In this document: positions 1 to 9,086 of the stretch, one piece after another | Layout of the letters: every line of letters begins with the position of its first letter | Position numbering within the stretch: the first letter of the stretch is position 1 | Position numbers and translations under genes: made by a program | Notes under the pieces: generated by a model | The model's input: only the letters and a program-made list of their open reading frames with translations | Told to the model about the DNA's origin: nothing | Databases searched by the model: none | DNA from: Bradymonadia bacterium | GTDB taxonomy: Bacteria; Myxococcota_A; Bradymonadia; UBA7976; UBA1532 | Reading direction: 5' to 3' | Assembly: GCA_046290225.1 (NCBI GenBank) | Contig: JBKAGE010000075.1 | Location: forward strand, 256,001-320,000 | DNA: 64,000 nt

Positions 1-579
1 GCGGACATGATGATCGAAGCGATGAAGAAGCCTCTCGCCAACCTGGTGGGCCTCGGTGGCAAAGGTAAGATGACCAACCGCGGCATCAACAAGGGCATGG
101 ATCTCCAGCTGCCCAGCACCCTCGATGCCCAGACGAAGCAGATGCTCGACGGCATGCAAGACGCCATGTCCCGCATGTCGGCTCCGGTGCCCGCTGAGCC
201 CATCGGCGTCGGCGGCAAGTGGTCCGTGGAGCAGACGATCGCTCAGAACGGCATCACGGTGCAGCAGAAGACGACCTACACCGTGAAGAAGTTCGAGGGG
301 CAGAAGGTGGTCCTCGGCGTGGCGGTGGACATGAACGCCCCCAAGCAGGAGATGAAGGCCCCAGGCATGCCCCCGAACGTGAAGGTCATGCTCGACAAGA
401 TGGGCGGCAGCGGTGAGGGTGAGACCACCCTGGTGATGACCCAGGTGCTGCCCTCAACGGCCACCGCCAACATCAACACCGACATGAAGGCCAACATGAA
501 CATGGGGGGCCAGCAGCAGCCCATGAACATGAAGATGTCCATGAAGGTGGATCTCAACTCCGGGACTCCGGCCCCGTAA
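1..579 (+). CDS. Hypothetical protein, probably 5'-truncated by the window (possibly DUF6263-like beta-rich protein)
   Basis: Frame is open from base 1 to TAA at 577-579. Strong coding-like codon usage; PAEPIGVGGKWSVEQ motif and alternating beta-strand pattern. Confidence 0.6.
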   Translation, partial: ADMMIEAMKKPLANLVGLGGKGKMTNRGINKGMDLQLPSTLDAQTKQMLDGMQDAMSRMSAPVPAEPIGVGGKWSVEQTIAQNGITVQQKTTYTVKKFEGQKVVLGVAVDMNAPKQEMKAPGMPPNVKVMLDKMGGSGEGETTLVMTQVLPSTATANINTDMKANMNMGGQQQPMNMKMSMKVDLNSGTPAP

Positions 580-813
580 GCGGCCGCCTCTGCCGCGATC
601 TGCGGCGCCTGGCCGGCGCTTCCCTCCTCGACGATGCTTTGGCATCGCCTGCGGGTGAATCACCACCCAGCCACCACACCTCACGACAGAGTCGACCACT
701 TCCGGGGCCTCCGTCCCTCCGCGGGGATGGTGCGAGCGTGGTTGGTGTTGGAGGGTGATGAAGGAGGGCTGGGTTGGGGAAGGGGAGAGGATGGGGTTGA
801 GGGGGGATGGAGA

Positions 814-1401
814 TCAGAGGCGTTTGAGGGACTCTCGGAGCAGCTCTTCGAAGGTCATGTTGCCCGCCTCCTTTGCGAGATCGGCGATGAGGGACTCCAC
901 ATCTTTGGGGCGGTAGCCCAGGTTGCGCAGGGCGCTCTCGAGATCGTCGAGTCGTGGGGCTGCCCCTGGAGAGGCCGCGGGGCGGCCGGAGGGGGTGCGT
1001 TTGCGTAGCTTCTCTTTGAGATCGAGGATCATGCGCTCTGCTGTGCGTTTACCGATGCCCGGAACGCCCGTGAGCCGTTTGACGTTCTCGTCGAGGATGG
1101 CCCCGGTGAGATCGTCGGCGCTCAGGCCCGAGAGGCATGCCACGGCGAGGCGGGGGCCTACGCCTGAGACTGTGATGAGCAGGCGGAAGAGGGCGCGCTC
1201 CTCGAAATCGTTGAAGCCGAAGAGGGTGAGCTGATCTTCACGGACGTGGGTGTGGATCGAGAGTGTGCACTCTTCGCCTTCCGGGGGCAGGCGATCGAGC
1301 ACGGTGAGGGGGCAGTGGATCTCGTAGCCCACCCCTGCAGCCTCGACGATGATCGTCTCGACGTTCTTGAGAGCGAGCTGACCGCGGATGCGACCGATCA
1401 T
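814..1401 (-). CDS. ruvA: Holliday junction branch migration protein RuvA
   Basis: MIGRIRG...GVGYEI...THVRED..LFGF..LITVSGVGPRLA..VPGIGKRTAER..ALRNLGY. ATG at 1401 follows a GGAGG RBS and overlaps the ruvC stop. Confidence 0.96.
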   Translation of the reverse strand: MIGRIRGQLALKNVETIIVEAAGVGYEIHCPLTVLDRLPPEGEECTLSIHTHVREDQLTLFGFNDFEERALFRLLITVSGVGPRLAVACLSGLSADDLTGAILDENVKRLTGVPGIGKRTAERMILDLKEKLRKRTPSGRPAASPGAAPRLDDLESALRNLGYRPKDVESLIADLAKEAGNMTFEELLRESLKRL

Positions 1402-2147
1402 GGGTCCTCCTGTGGGATCTTCTTCCCAGGTCGTTGATGCACCGGGCGAGGGGCGATGATGCGCACCTTGCTCGAGATGGGCCCCGCGGGCCCGGGGGTT
1501 ACGCCAGGGGGCAGGCCCGGAGGCATGCCGGCGGGGCCGGGGCTGGGGAACGGGGCGCTTTGGTTTCGCGGGGGAGGGGCGCCGGCGAGGGCCGCCAGCG
1601 CTGCTCGGCCCCTGAGATGCCGTGGCCGGTGCGGGATCTGAACGTTGGGGCGTACGTCGGCGCCGAAGGCCAGGTTCTGGCCATGACACAGCGCCACGGC
1701 GACGGCGTCGGCGGCGTCTTCCTGGGGCACCTCGTTGAGCCCCAACCGCATCGACACCATGTGCTGGACCTGTAGCTTGCCAGCACGACCGTGGCCACAG
1801 ACCGCCTTCTTGATCTGCATCGGGGTGTACTCTTTGACGTCGAGGCCTGCCTTGGCCATCACCGCCAGGGCCACACCTCGGGCGTGACCCAGAATCAAGG
1901 CGCTGCGGGCGTTCTTGTGCTGGAACACACCCTCACAGGCGGCGGCTGTGGGCTGGTATTCGTCGATGAGCGCGGAGAGGCGGTCGAGCAGAATGCTCAA
2001 CCGTTTGGCCAGGGGGGCGGAATCCCCGAGCACCACCACCCCGTTGTCCACGTGGGACATGTGAGGCCCGTCGGCGTCGACGATGCCCCAACCGCAGAAG
2101 CGGGTCCCCGGGTCGATGCCCAGCACACGTTGAGGGGTGGTGCTCAT
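1398..2147 (-). CDS. ruvC: Crossover junction endodeoxyribonuclease RuvC with Pro-rich C-terminal tail
   Basis: VLGIDPG, E..F, HARGV, YTPMQIKKAVCGHGRAGK and DAADAVAVALCH motifs. Start placed at MSTTPQR. Confidence 0.95.
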   Translation of the reverse strand: MSTTPQRVLGIDPGTRFCGWGIVDADGPHMSHVDNGVVVLGDSAPLAKRLSILLDRLSALIDEYQPTAAACEGVFQHKNARSALILGHARGVALAVMAKAGLDVKEYTPMQIKKAVCGHGRAGKLQVQHMVSMRLGLNEVPQEDAADAVAVALCHGQNLAFGADVRPNVQIPHRPRHLRGRAALAALAGAPPPRNQSAPFPSPGPAGMPPGLPPGVTPGPAGPISSKVRIIAPRPVHQRPGKKIPQEDP

Positions 2148-2232
2148 GAGCGGCCTTCTGGAACAGGATGAGGGGAGCACTGGTACAGCAGTCGAGTCTG
2201 ATGTGCCAGGCCATTTCCCATATGGGTCTACC

Positions 2233-2274
2233 ATGAAAACGTGTTCAGTATAGAACCGCATTGTTTTCAGGCAA
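2233..2274 (-). promoter_or_regulatory. Putative sigma-70 promoter of ruvCA overlapped by a candidate LexA (SOS) box
   Basis: Minus strand TTGCCT(2274-2269)-N16-TATACT(2252-2247). Plus strand ATGAAAACGTGTTCAGT (2233-2249) matches 15/17 positions of the M. xanthus LexA consensus CTRHAMRYBYGTTCAGS. Confidence 0.55.
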
Positions 2275-2368
2275 AAACTTCTCGCTGTTCAGCTGTTTAT
2301 CATCATGGCGTGGTGTGGAGAGATTGAGGCCTGTGAGTTGGGGGGTATGGTGGGGCGAGGAGAGCGCG

Positions 2369-4663
2369 ATGCACAGGTGGATCACATACGCCCTCGGGCT
2401 GTGGCTGGGGTGTGGGGCAGGCCTCGCACATGGCGAGACCCGAGCCATCACCCTCGAACACCCCGAGCAGTTGCTCAAGGGCCCCGAGGCCTCGGGGAAG
2501 CTCGGGGACTTCAAGATCAGCAATGCTCATCTGCAGGCTGTGATCACCGCCCAGCGGCCAGATGGCCGCGGTGGCCGGTTGGTGGACTTCGTGCCCACGG
2601 GAGGTGCGGATGGTCTCGGAGAGATGGGGCCGGCCTTTGATCCGGCTGGCCGTCGCCAGCCTCTGATTCAGAGCGTCAAGGTGACCCAGGCGGGGGGGCA
2701 GGGGGCTGCCATCATCCAGGCCACTGGGGTCGACGCCCTCGACGAAGAGGTGAAGATCTCCATCAACTATGTGCTCGAGCCTGACTCCACCTACCTCAAA
2801 ATCATCACCACCGTGCACCACCGTGGTCGCAGTCACTATCAGGACTTTGCCCTCGGGCGCTTCATCCTCTGGGGTGATCTCACGCCCTTTGCCCCTGGCG
2901 TCGGCGCTGATCCCGTGGGTCGTCGGGCGCGCTCACCCTGGATCGGCGCCAGCTCACCCTCTGCAGCCATGGTGCTCGCACCCTATGATGGGCTCATCGA
3001 GTCGTTCCATGGCCGCGGCTGGACGGTGACCCGAGAGACCGAGCCCTATCTACGGCCAGGGAGCACCTTGACGCTCGAGAGCTGGCTGTGGGCCGAAGCT
3101 ACAGGTGGGGTGGCGGGCCCCGTGGCCCAGCTCAACACCCGGCGCAAGAGCGTCGTGGGTCAGATCGAGGGGCGGGTCTTCGACGCTCAGGGCCCAGTGG
3201 CCGGGGCGCGAGTGACCTTCATCGATGGCACCCGGGCGCCTGCGCATCAAGCCCGCACCAATGCCGAAGGACGCTACACAGTGACCTTGTCTCCTGGCCG
3301 CTACAGCGCTGTGGCTTTGGCGCCCGGGCGATCGGAGGCGAGTACGCGGTGGTTCCGCGTCCAGGCCGATCAGCGGGCCAGCCTCGACGTCGAGCTCGGG
3401 GGTCAGGGGCAGGTGGAGGTGCGCATCAGCGACGAGGCCGGGCAGCTGCGGCCTGGCCGGGTGCGTTTGATCCCCAAAGGCAAGGCGCCACTTGCGCTCC
3501 ATGCGGGGGATGCGCCGCAGATCGTCGACGGCACCACTGCTCAGGACGATCAACTCTATCTCTCCACAGGTGCGGGGGTATGGCCCGTAGCGCCCGGGCA
3601 GTACACCGCAGTGATCTCCGCAGGTCCCACGGCGAGTGTGGAGCGCGTCCCTCTCACCGTGAAGGCAGGTGAGGTGGCGCAGCTGCGTGCCACGCTCAAG
3701 ACGGTCATGGTGCCTGGTGCGTGGCGGGCCCTCGACCTGCGGGTGCACACGCGGGAGACGGTCGCCAGCGCCATCTCGCCGGACATTCGGGCCCTCACCT
3801 GTGCCGTAGAAGGGGTCGATGTGATCTTCGCCGATGGCCCCGCAGGTGAGATCGAGTCACCCATGATGATGACCAGTCTGCGGACCCCAGCTGATCAGTG
3901 GGGGTGGTTCGGCGCCTTGCCCCTGGCTGCGCCCCTCAGTGCCGATGACGTCAAGAGCACGCGACGCCCACGGCCCGCGGGCCGGCTGGAAGCCCTCAAG
4001 GGACTCCCGGGAGGGCCTCTGGTGGCGGTCTTCGACCCCCGGAACCCACGGACGGGCTATTTCGAACACTTCGCCTTCGACCCCGCAGCTGAGGCGCTGC
4101 CTCGGGGGGGCTTCACCCTCAATTTCGATTTGATCGAGATCGCCTCAGGTACTCTGCAGCGCCGGCTCGACGCCGCGGGCGCCGATGTACACGGCCTGCT
4201 CGCACGGGGTCAGCGGGTCAGGCCATTCGCCACCAGCGGCATCACCGGGCTCGGGGCATCGCCCTGCGCCATGCCCCGGACCTGGATTAAAATCCCCGAG
4301 GGGGCTGAGCTGACGCCGGACGCCGTGCTCCTGGGGTTGTCGAAGGGGCCAATGGTGGCTTCCTTCGGACCCATCATCGATGCCGACATGGATACAGAGC
4401 GCTTGAAAGTGCGTGTGCTGGCCCCGAGCTGGCACCGACCCGACACCCTCACCGTGCGCATCGACGGCAAGCCGTGGAAGTCGCTCAAACTCAAGCGACG
4501 CAAGGGTCCCCTCGACGTCGAAAAGACGATCTCTCTCAAGGGAGCCACCGGCCGCTGGCTCACCGTCGAGGTCGATGGTCGACCGGCGGCGGAGCAGGTG
4601 TACGACATCAAGGTTCGACCCTTCGCCCTCACCGCGCCTATGGCCATGGGCGCCGCCCGCTGA
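2369..4663 (+). CDS. Secreted protein with carboxypeptidase-regulatory-like domain and degenerate PHP/CehA-McbA-like domain
   Basis: Signal peptide MHRWITYALG..AHG. GPEASGKLGDFKISN N-terminus, GPVAGARVTF..TNAEGRY..LSPGRY, then DLRVHT, FDLIEI, PRTWI and FGPII motifs. Confidence 0.7.
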   Translation: MHRWITYALGLWLGCGAGLAHGETRAITLEHPEQLLKGPEASGKLGDFKISNAHLQAVITAQRPDGRGGRLVDFVPTGGADGLGEMGPAFDPAGRRQPLIQSVKVTQAGGQGAAIIQATGVDALDEEVKISINYVLEPDSTYLKIITTVHHRGRSHYQDFALGRFILWGDLTPFAPGVGADPVGRRARSPWIGASSPSAAMVLAPYDGLIESFHGRGWTVTRETEPYLRPGSTLTLESWLWAEATGGVAGPVAQLNTRRKSVVGQIEGRVFDAQGPVAGARVTFIDGTRAPAHQARTNAEGRYTVTLSPGRYSAVALAPGRSEASTRWFRVQADQRASLDVELGGQGQVEVRISDEAGQLRPGRVRLIPKGKAPLALHAGDAPQIVDGTTAQDDQLYLSTGAGVWPVAPGQYTAVISAGPTASVERVPLTVKAGEVAQLRATLKTVMVPGAWRALDLRVHTRETVASAISPDIRALTCAVEGVDVIFADGPAGEIESPMMMTSLRTPADQWGWFGALPLAAPLSADDVKSTRRPRPAGRLEALKGLPGGPLVAVFDPRNPRTGYFEHFAFDPAAEALPRGGFTLNFDLIEIASGTLQRRLDAAGADVHGLLARGQRVRPFATSGITGLGASPCAMPRTWIKIPEGAELTPDAVLLGLSKGPMVASFGPIIDADMDTERLKVRVLAPSWHRPDTLTVRIDGKPWKSLKLKRRKGPLDVEKTISLKGATGRWLTVEVDGRPAAEQVYDIKVRPFALTAPMAMGAAR

Positions 4664-4944
4664 GCCTGCTGAGGCCCCGAGCACATCTTTTTCGGTGAAT
4701 AAGTCACACTGAAAATGCGACGAGGCTGGCGGTGCTGTATCTATCCCGCCGAGAATACAAAACCCCTTGTGCGCTGGGATTTTGCTCGTGATTTTAACCT
4801 CGCGCACCGCGGGTCGACGTTGACTGCGTCGCCCGTTCGGGGCATCTACCCATTTCGCTTTCTTCGGGGGTTCATCACCCTCCTAATTGAAAGCAGATGT
4901 CAATCTCGCTTGACTGGGTCGTCGCCGACCTGCCTGGGAACCGC

Positions 4945-5619
<675 letters not shown>

Positions 5620-5622
5620 GCA

Positions 5623-6198
5623 GTGGCTGGCGGCAACCTCGGAGGGGGCGGTGACGACGAAGGCATCGTCGGCATCAACGTGACCCCGCTCGTCGACATC
5701 ATGCTGGTGCTGCTCATCATCTTCATGGTGACCGCCACCTACATCGTGAAGCCCGCCATCGAGGTGGATCTGCCCAGCGCAGCCTCTGGCGGCGAGACGG
5801 TGGACACGACCATCTCCATCGTCGTGGGCAAGAACGGCGAGCTGTTCCTCGACGGTGAGCCCGTCGACGAGGCGGCCATCGCGGAGCGCTGCCGCGAGAA
5901 GTCGAAGAAGAACCCCCAGATTCAGGCCATCGTCGCCGCCGACAGCAAGTCGCTCCACGGCGGGGTGATCCGCATCATCGACATCATCCGGTTGAATGGC
6001 GTCACCAAGTTCGCGTTCAACATCAACCCCGCAGCGGTCTCCGACATCCGCCCGGTGGATGATCCGAACCTCCCGGCGCCGCCCCCCACCGAGGGCGGCG
6101 AGACGGGGTATGAAGATCCTGGCGCGCCGCCGCCCGTTGATGCACCTGAGGCCCCCGGTGGGGCCGCGCCCGAACCTTCACCGGAGGCGAACCCCTGA
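5623..6198 (+). CDS. exbD: ExbD/TolR family biopolymer transporter
   Basis: INVTPLVDIMLVLLIIFMV with the conserved Asp; AAD motif; Pro-rich tail. Confidence 0.93.
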   Translation: MAGGNLGGGGDDEGIVGINVTPLVDIMLVLLIIFMVTATYIVKPAIEVDLPSAASGGETVDTTISIVVGKNGELFLDGEPVDEAAIAERCREKSKKNPQIQAIVAADSKSLHGGVIRIIDIIRLNGVTKFAFNINPAAVSDIRPVDDPNLPAPPPTEGGETGYEDPGAPPPVDAPEAPGGAAPEPSPEANP

Positions 6199-7064
6199 TG
6201 TTCTCCCTACAGCACGAGCCCGAGAAGAGATCCCGTCCGATGATCCTCGCTGGCGCGGCGGTCATCGCCCTGGTGATCCAGGGCGGCGGGCTGTGGGCGG
6301 CCAATCAGTACGAGGCGCCCAAGAAGGTGAAGCCCGTCAAGATCGAGTTCGAGCTGGTGAACAAGGCGCCTCCGCCCAAGAAGGAGAAGCCCAAGAAGGT
6401 CGAGGTGGAGAAGCCCAAGCCGAAGCCGCCAGAGCCTCCTAAGCCACCCGAGCCGCCGAAGCCGCCACCAAAGAAGGAAAAGCCGAAGCCCAAGAAGGTT
6501 AAAAAGAAGCGCGTCAAGAAGCGCAACAAGCCCAAGCCGAAGCCACCATCTGATCCCATCGACGTGCCGCCAGAGCCGCCGAAGCCGACGCCTGCGGAGC
6601 CGCCAAAGGCGGTTCAGGGTATGAGCAAGGACAGCGTGTTGAAGAACGGGAATGGGCCCAAGTTCAAGATGGGCAACACCCGTATGGCGGCTGACGATGG
6701 CTCGAAGGCCCTGGGCAAGCCCGTGGACCAGCTCGCGCCCCGAGCATACGAGCCTCCGGAGCCCGAGAGCGAGGAGCCGGCCCGCAAGGCGGTGGTGAAA
6801 CAGGCCAAGGCGATCAAGACGGTAGAGCCGAAGTACACCAAGGCCGCTGAGGCCGCCGGTGTGGAGGGCAAGGTGATCTTGCGGGTCTTCATCAACGAGA
6901 AGGGCAAGGTCTACAAGATCAAGCGCATCGGGAAGAAGATCGGCTTTGGCCTCGATGAGGAGATCATCAAGGCCCTGAAGCAATGGCGCTTCTCTCCCAA
7001 GACTGTTGATGGCAAGCCGGTCAAGAGCAGCAAGAAGCAGACGTTCGTTTTCCGCCTGCCCTGA
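6198..7064 (+). CDS. tonB: TonB family energy transducer
   Basis: N-terminal TM anchor, long Lys/Pro linker, C-terminal PKYT..AEAAGVEGKVILRVFI..WRFSP TonB_C domain. Confidence 0.9.
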   Translation: MFSLQHEPEKRSRPMILAGAAVIALVIQGGGLWAANQYEAPKKVKPVKIEFELVNKAPPPKKEKPKKVEVEKPKPKPPEPPKPPEPPKPPPKKEKPKPKKVKKKRVKKRNKPKPKPPSDPIDVPPEPPKPTPAEPPKAVQGMSKDSVLKNGNGPKFKMGNTRMAADDGSKALGKPVDQLAPRAYEPPEPESEEPARKAVVKQAKAIKTVEPKYTKAAEAAGVEGKVILRVFINEKGKVYKIKRIGKKIGFGLDEEIIKALKQWRFSPKTVDGKPVKSSKKQTFVFRLP

Positions 7065-7129
7065 GAGTCTCCACACCTTCTGCTTTAAAAATCTGCGATT
7101 GATTTTTGCGCCCAACTGTATGGGAGGGC

Positions 7130-8746
7130 GTGAATGCATTTTCCACCAGCCTGATCTGCCTTGCCCTCCTCGCGGGCCCTGCCTGGGGGCAGCTCGATCA
7201 CTCGACCTCCTATTGGGCACAGGTGTTCGAGGGGCCACTGGGCCCTGTCGTTGCGCTCGCGAGTGGTCCCGACGACACACTCTTTGCCGCCTCCGAAGGT
7301 GCGTTGTGGCAAGGGCCGAGTCCCTGGCGCGTCGTGTGTCGCTACGCACCTGCGCTCACCGCACACCCGCATGGGATAGAAGCCTCAGGTGGGCCGAGGG
7401 CCGCCATCGAAGCCAAAGTTGTCGAAGATGTCACTCTGGCCCTCGCCAGCGCCGGGATCAGCGTTGCTGATCTGAGCCAGAGCGAGCCCTTCGTGGCGCG
7501 CTACGTTGCCGAGCCCTCACCACGCCTCGACAGCCCCTATGCCGTCGTGGCCATCGACGCTACTGGACCATGGGTGCATACGGGCGCGGGGGCTGTGTGG
7601 TGTGGCACCGGTACACCACCCGACTACACACCGTGGCCGGGGGAAATCGCCGATGGGGACTGGTGGTGGCGCCTCGAGGGGCAAAGCCTCGAAGCGATCC
7701 AGGTGATTTCGGGACGCAGGCGAGCACCTCAGCTATGGCGAACGCCGGAGCCGGTCACTCAAATGGTGTGGGGTGGAGGAAGGCTGTGGGTCGCGGGGCG
7801 CGGTCTGTATGCCTTGCGCAAAGGCGAGTGGGTGTCTTGTCCGCTGCCTTCACTCGAAGAAGGTCGCCTGGTGGGTCACGCCGCCGGGGTGATGTGGCAG
7901 ACATCGGAGAGCATCCTCTCCATTGATCGTCATTGTCGTAAGACACAACGTGTACCCACCATCTCCGAGAGGCCGATGCCTCTGGCCGTCGCCGGTCGCA
8001 GCATGTGGGTTGCAGGGGAGACAGGGCTCTTTCAGCGGGCGCGCCGGCTCCACTTCACGGAATCAGATGTAGAACAATGGCGCCGAGCCGTCGCTTCGAG
8101 CGCACTTCAGCGTCCGCTGCCCAGAGAGGCGCACAACTTCGATGGCATCACAGCCCGGTGGCGATGGCGACAAGTCATGCCCGAGGTAGGGGCCTTCCTC
8201 AGCGCCGCTCAAGGCAAAGGATGGCCAGAGGAGGTCATTCAACGCGAGCGTGCGTGGTCGGTGACGTTCAGCTGGCCTCTGAGCTGGGCGCCACCCTCAG
8301 CGCTGATCACCGAGCGGCTGAACTGGGACGAGCACCAACGTCGTCGGCGCCATCTACGGCTCCAGCTTCGCCGTCGGCTGCGGACGTTGCTGCGTCGCCG
8401 CTGGTTGCCCGCCCCCGAAAAGCCTCAATCCCGCCTGTCTCTCGACCTTCGAATCACAGCCACTGAGTACGCCCTCGCCGCCCTCGATGACGAGGGAGAG
8501 GGTGTGCCCCTCACCACAGGAGCACCACATGCGTTGTCCGCCGACCCTTCTCAAGCTGCCCATCTGTCTCGGCCTCCTGCAGCCCGCCCACGGCGCGCCG
8601 CCAGAGGCCCCACCGCTCCCGCAGCTGATCGCGCGGGCCCTGAGCGTGCAGCGCCTTCAGCCCCAACACCTTCAACAGTCCCTGAGCCGGGCCCGGTGGG
8701 GCACCGCCACGCCCGAGATCACCCTGAGGGCCACGTGGGGCGATGA
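7130..8746 (+). CDS. Secreted hypothetical protein (beta-propeller-like N-terminal part, helical/beta-hairpin C-terminal module)
   Basis: GTG after GGGAGG; signal peptide ending AWG; repeats such as LFAASEGALW, LWVAGRGLY and MWVAGETGLF. The last ~70 codons overlap the next gene. Confidence 0.6.
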   Translation: MNAFSTSLICLALLAGPAWGQLDHSTSYWAQVFEGPLGPVVALASGPDDTLFAASEGALWQGPSPWRVVCRYAPALTAHPHGIEASGGPRAAIEAKVVEDVTLALASAGISVADLSQSEPFVARYVAEPSPRLDSPYAVVAIDATGPWVHTGAGAVWCGTGTPPDYTPWPGEIADGDWWWRLEGQSLEAIQVISGRRRAPQLWRTPEPVTQMVWGGGRLWVAGRGLYALRKGEWVSCPLPSLEEGRLVGHAAGVMWQTSESILSIDRHCRKTQRVPTISERPMPLAVAGRSMWVAGETGLFQRARRLHFTESDVEQWRRAVASSALQRPLPREAHNFDGITARWRWRQVMPEVGAFLSAAQGKGWPEEVIQRERAWSVTFSWPLSWAPPSALITERLNWDEHQRRRRHLRLQLRRRLRTLLRRRWLPAPEKPQSRLSLDLRITATEYALAALDDEGEGVPLTTGAPHALSADPSQAAHLSRPPAARPRRAARGPTAPAADRAGPERAAPSAPTPSTVPEPGPVGHRHARDHPEGHVGR

Positions 8747-9086
8747 AGATGACCTGCGCAGCGTCACCCGATTCCAGAGCGCAGCCCCCGAGCCGGTCTC
8801 GTACACGTACGCCCGAGATGATGGGTTCGAGTTCAGAGCCGAAGCGCGGTGGCGCCCCGGAGGTTTGATCTACAGCGATCAAGAGACCCAGCTCATCAGA
8901 GAGCGGCGGCTCATCGGCGCGCGCCGAGATGCTGTGATCACAGAGGTGACGCGCCTCTGGATCCGGCGAGAGCAGTCACGTGTGGCCTGGCAGAGCGCCG
9001 AGCCTGCTCAGCGACAGCGCATCGAGGTGGAGATCGAGGCCCTCGACGCTCAACTGCAGGCGCTTGCCGGGGAGGAGGCCCGATGA
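8529..9086 (+). CDS. Secreted hypothetical protein (possible single OEP/TolC-like repeat)
   Basis: AGGAG RBS; signal peptide ending AHG; RARW..PEITL..FEFRAEARW..RRDAVITEVTRLW..LDAQLQALAG. ATGA-coupled to the next gene. Confidence 0.7.
   Translation: MRCPPTLLKLPICLGLLQPAHGAPPEAPPLPQLIARALSVQRLQPQHLQQSLSRARWGTATPEITLRATWGDEDDLRSVTRFQSAAPEPVSYTYARDDGFEFRAEARWRPGGLIYSDQETQLIRERRLIGARRDAVITEVTRLWIRREQSRVAWQSAEPAQRQRIEVEIEALDAQLQALAGEEAR

Noticed and set aside
4690..4720. Fur or CRP box upstream of exbB
   Set aside because: GGTGA-N5-TCACA has the wrong spacing, and there is no good match to the Fur consensus.
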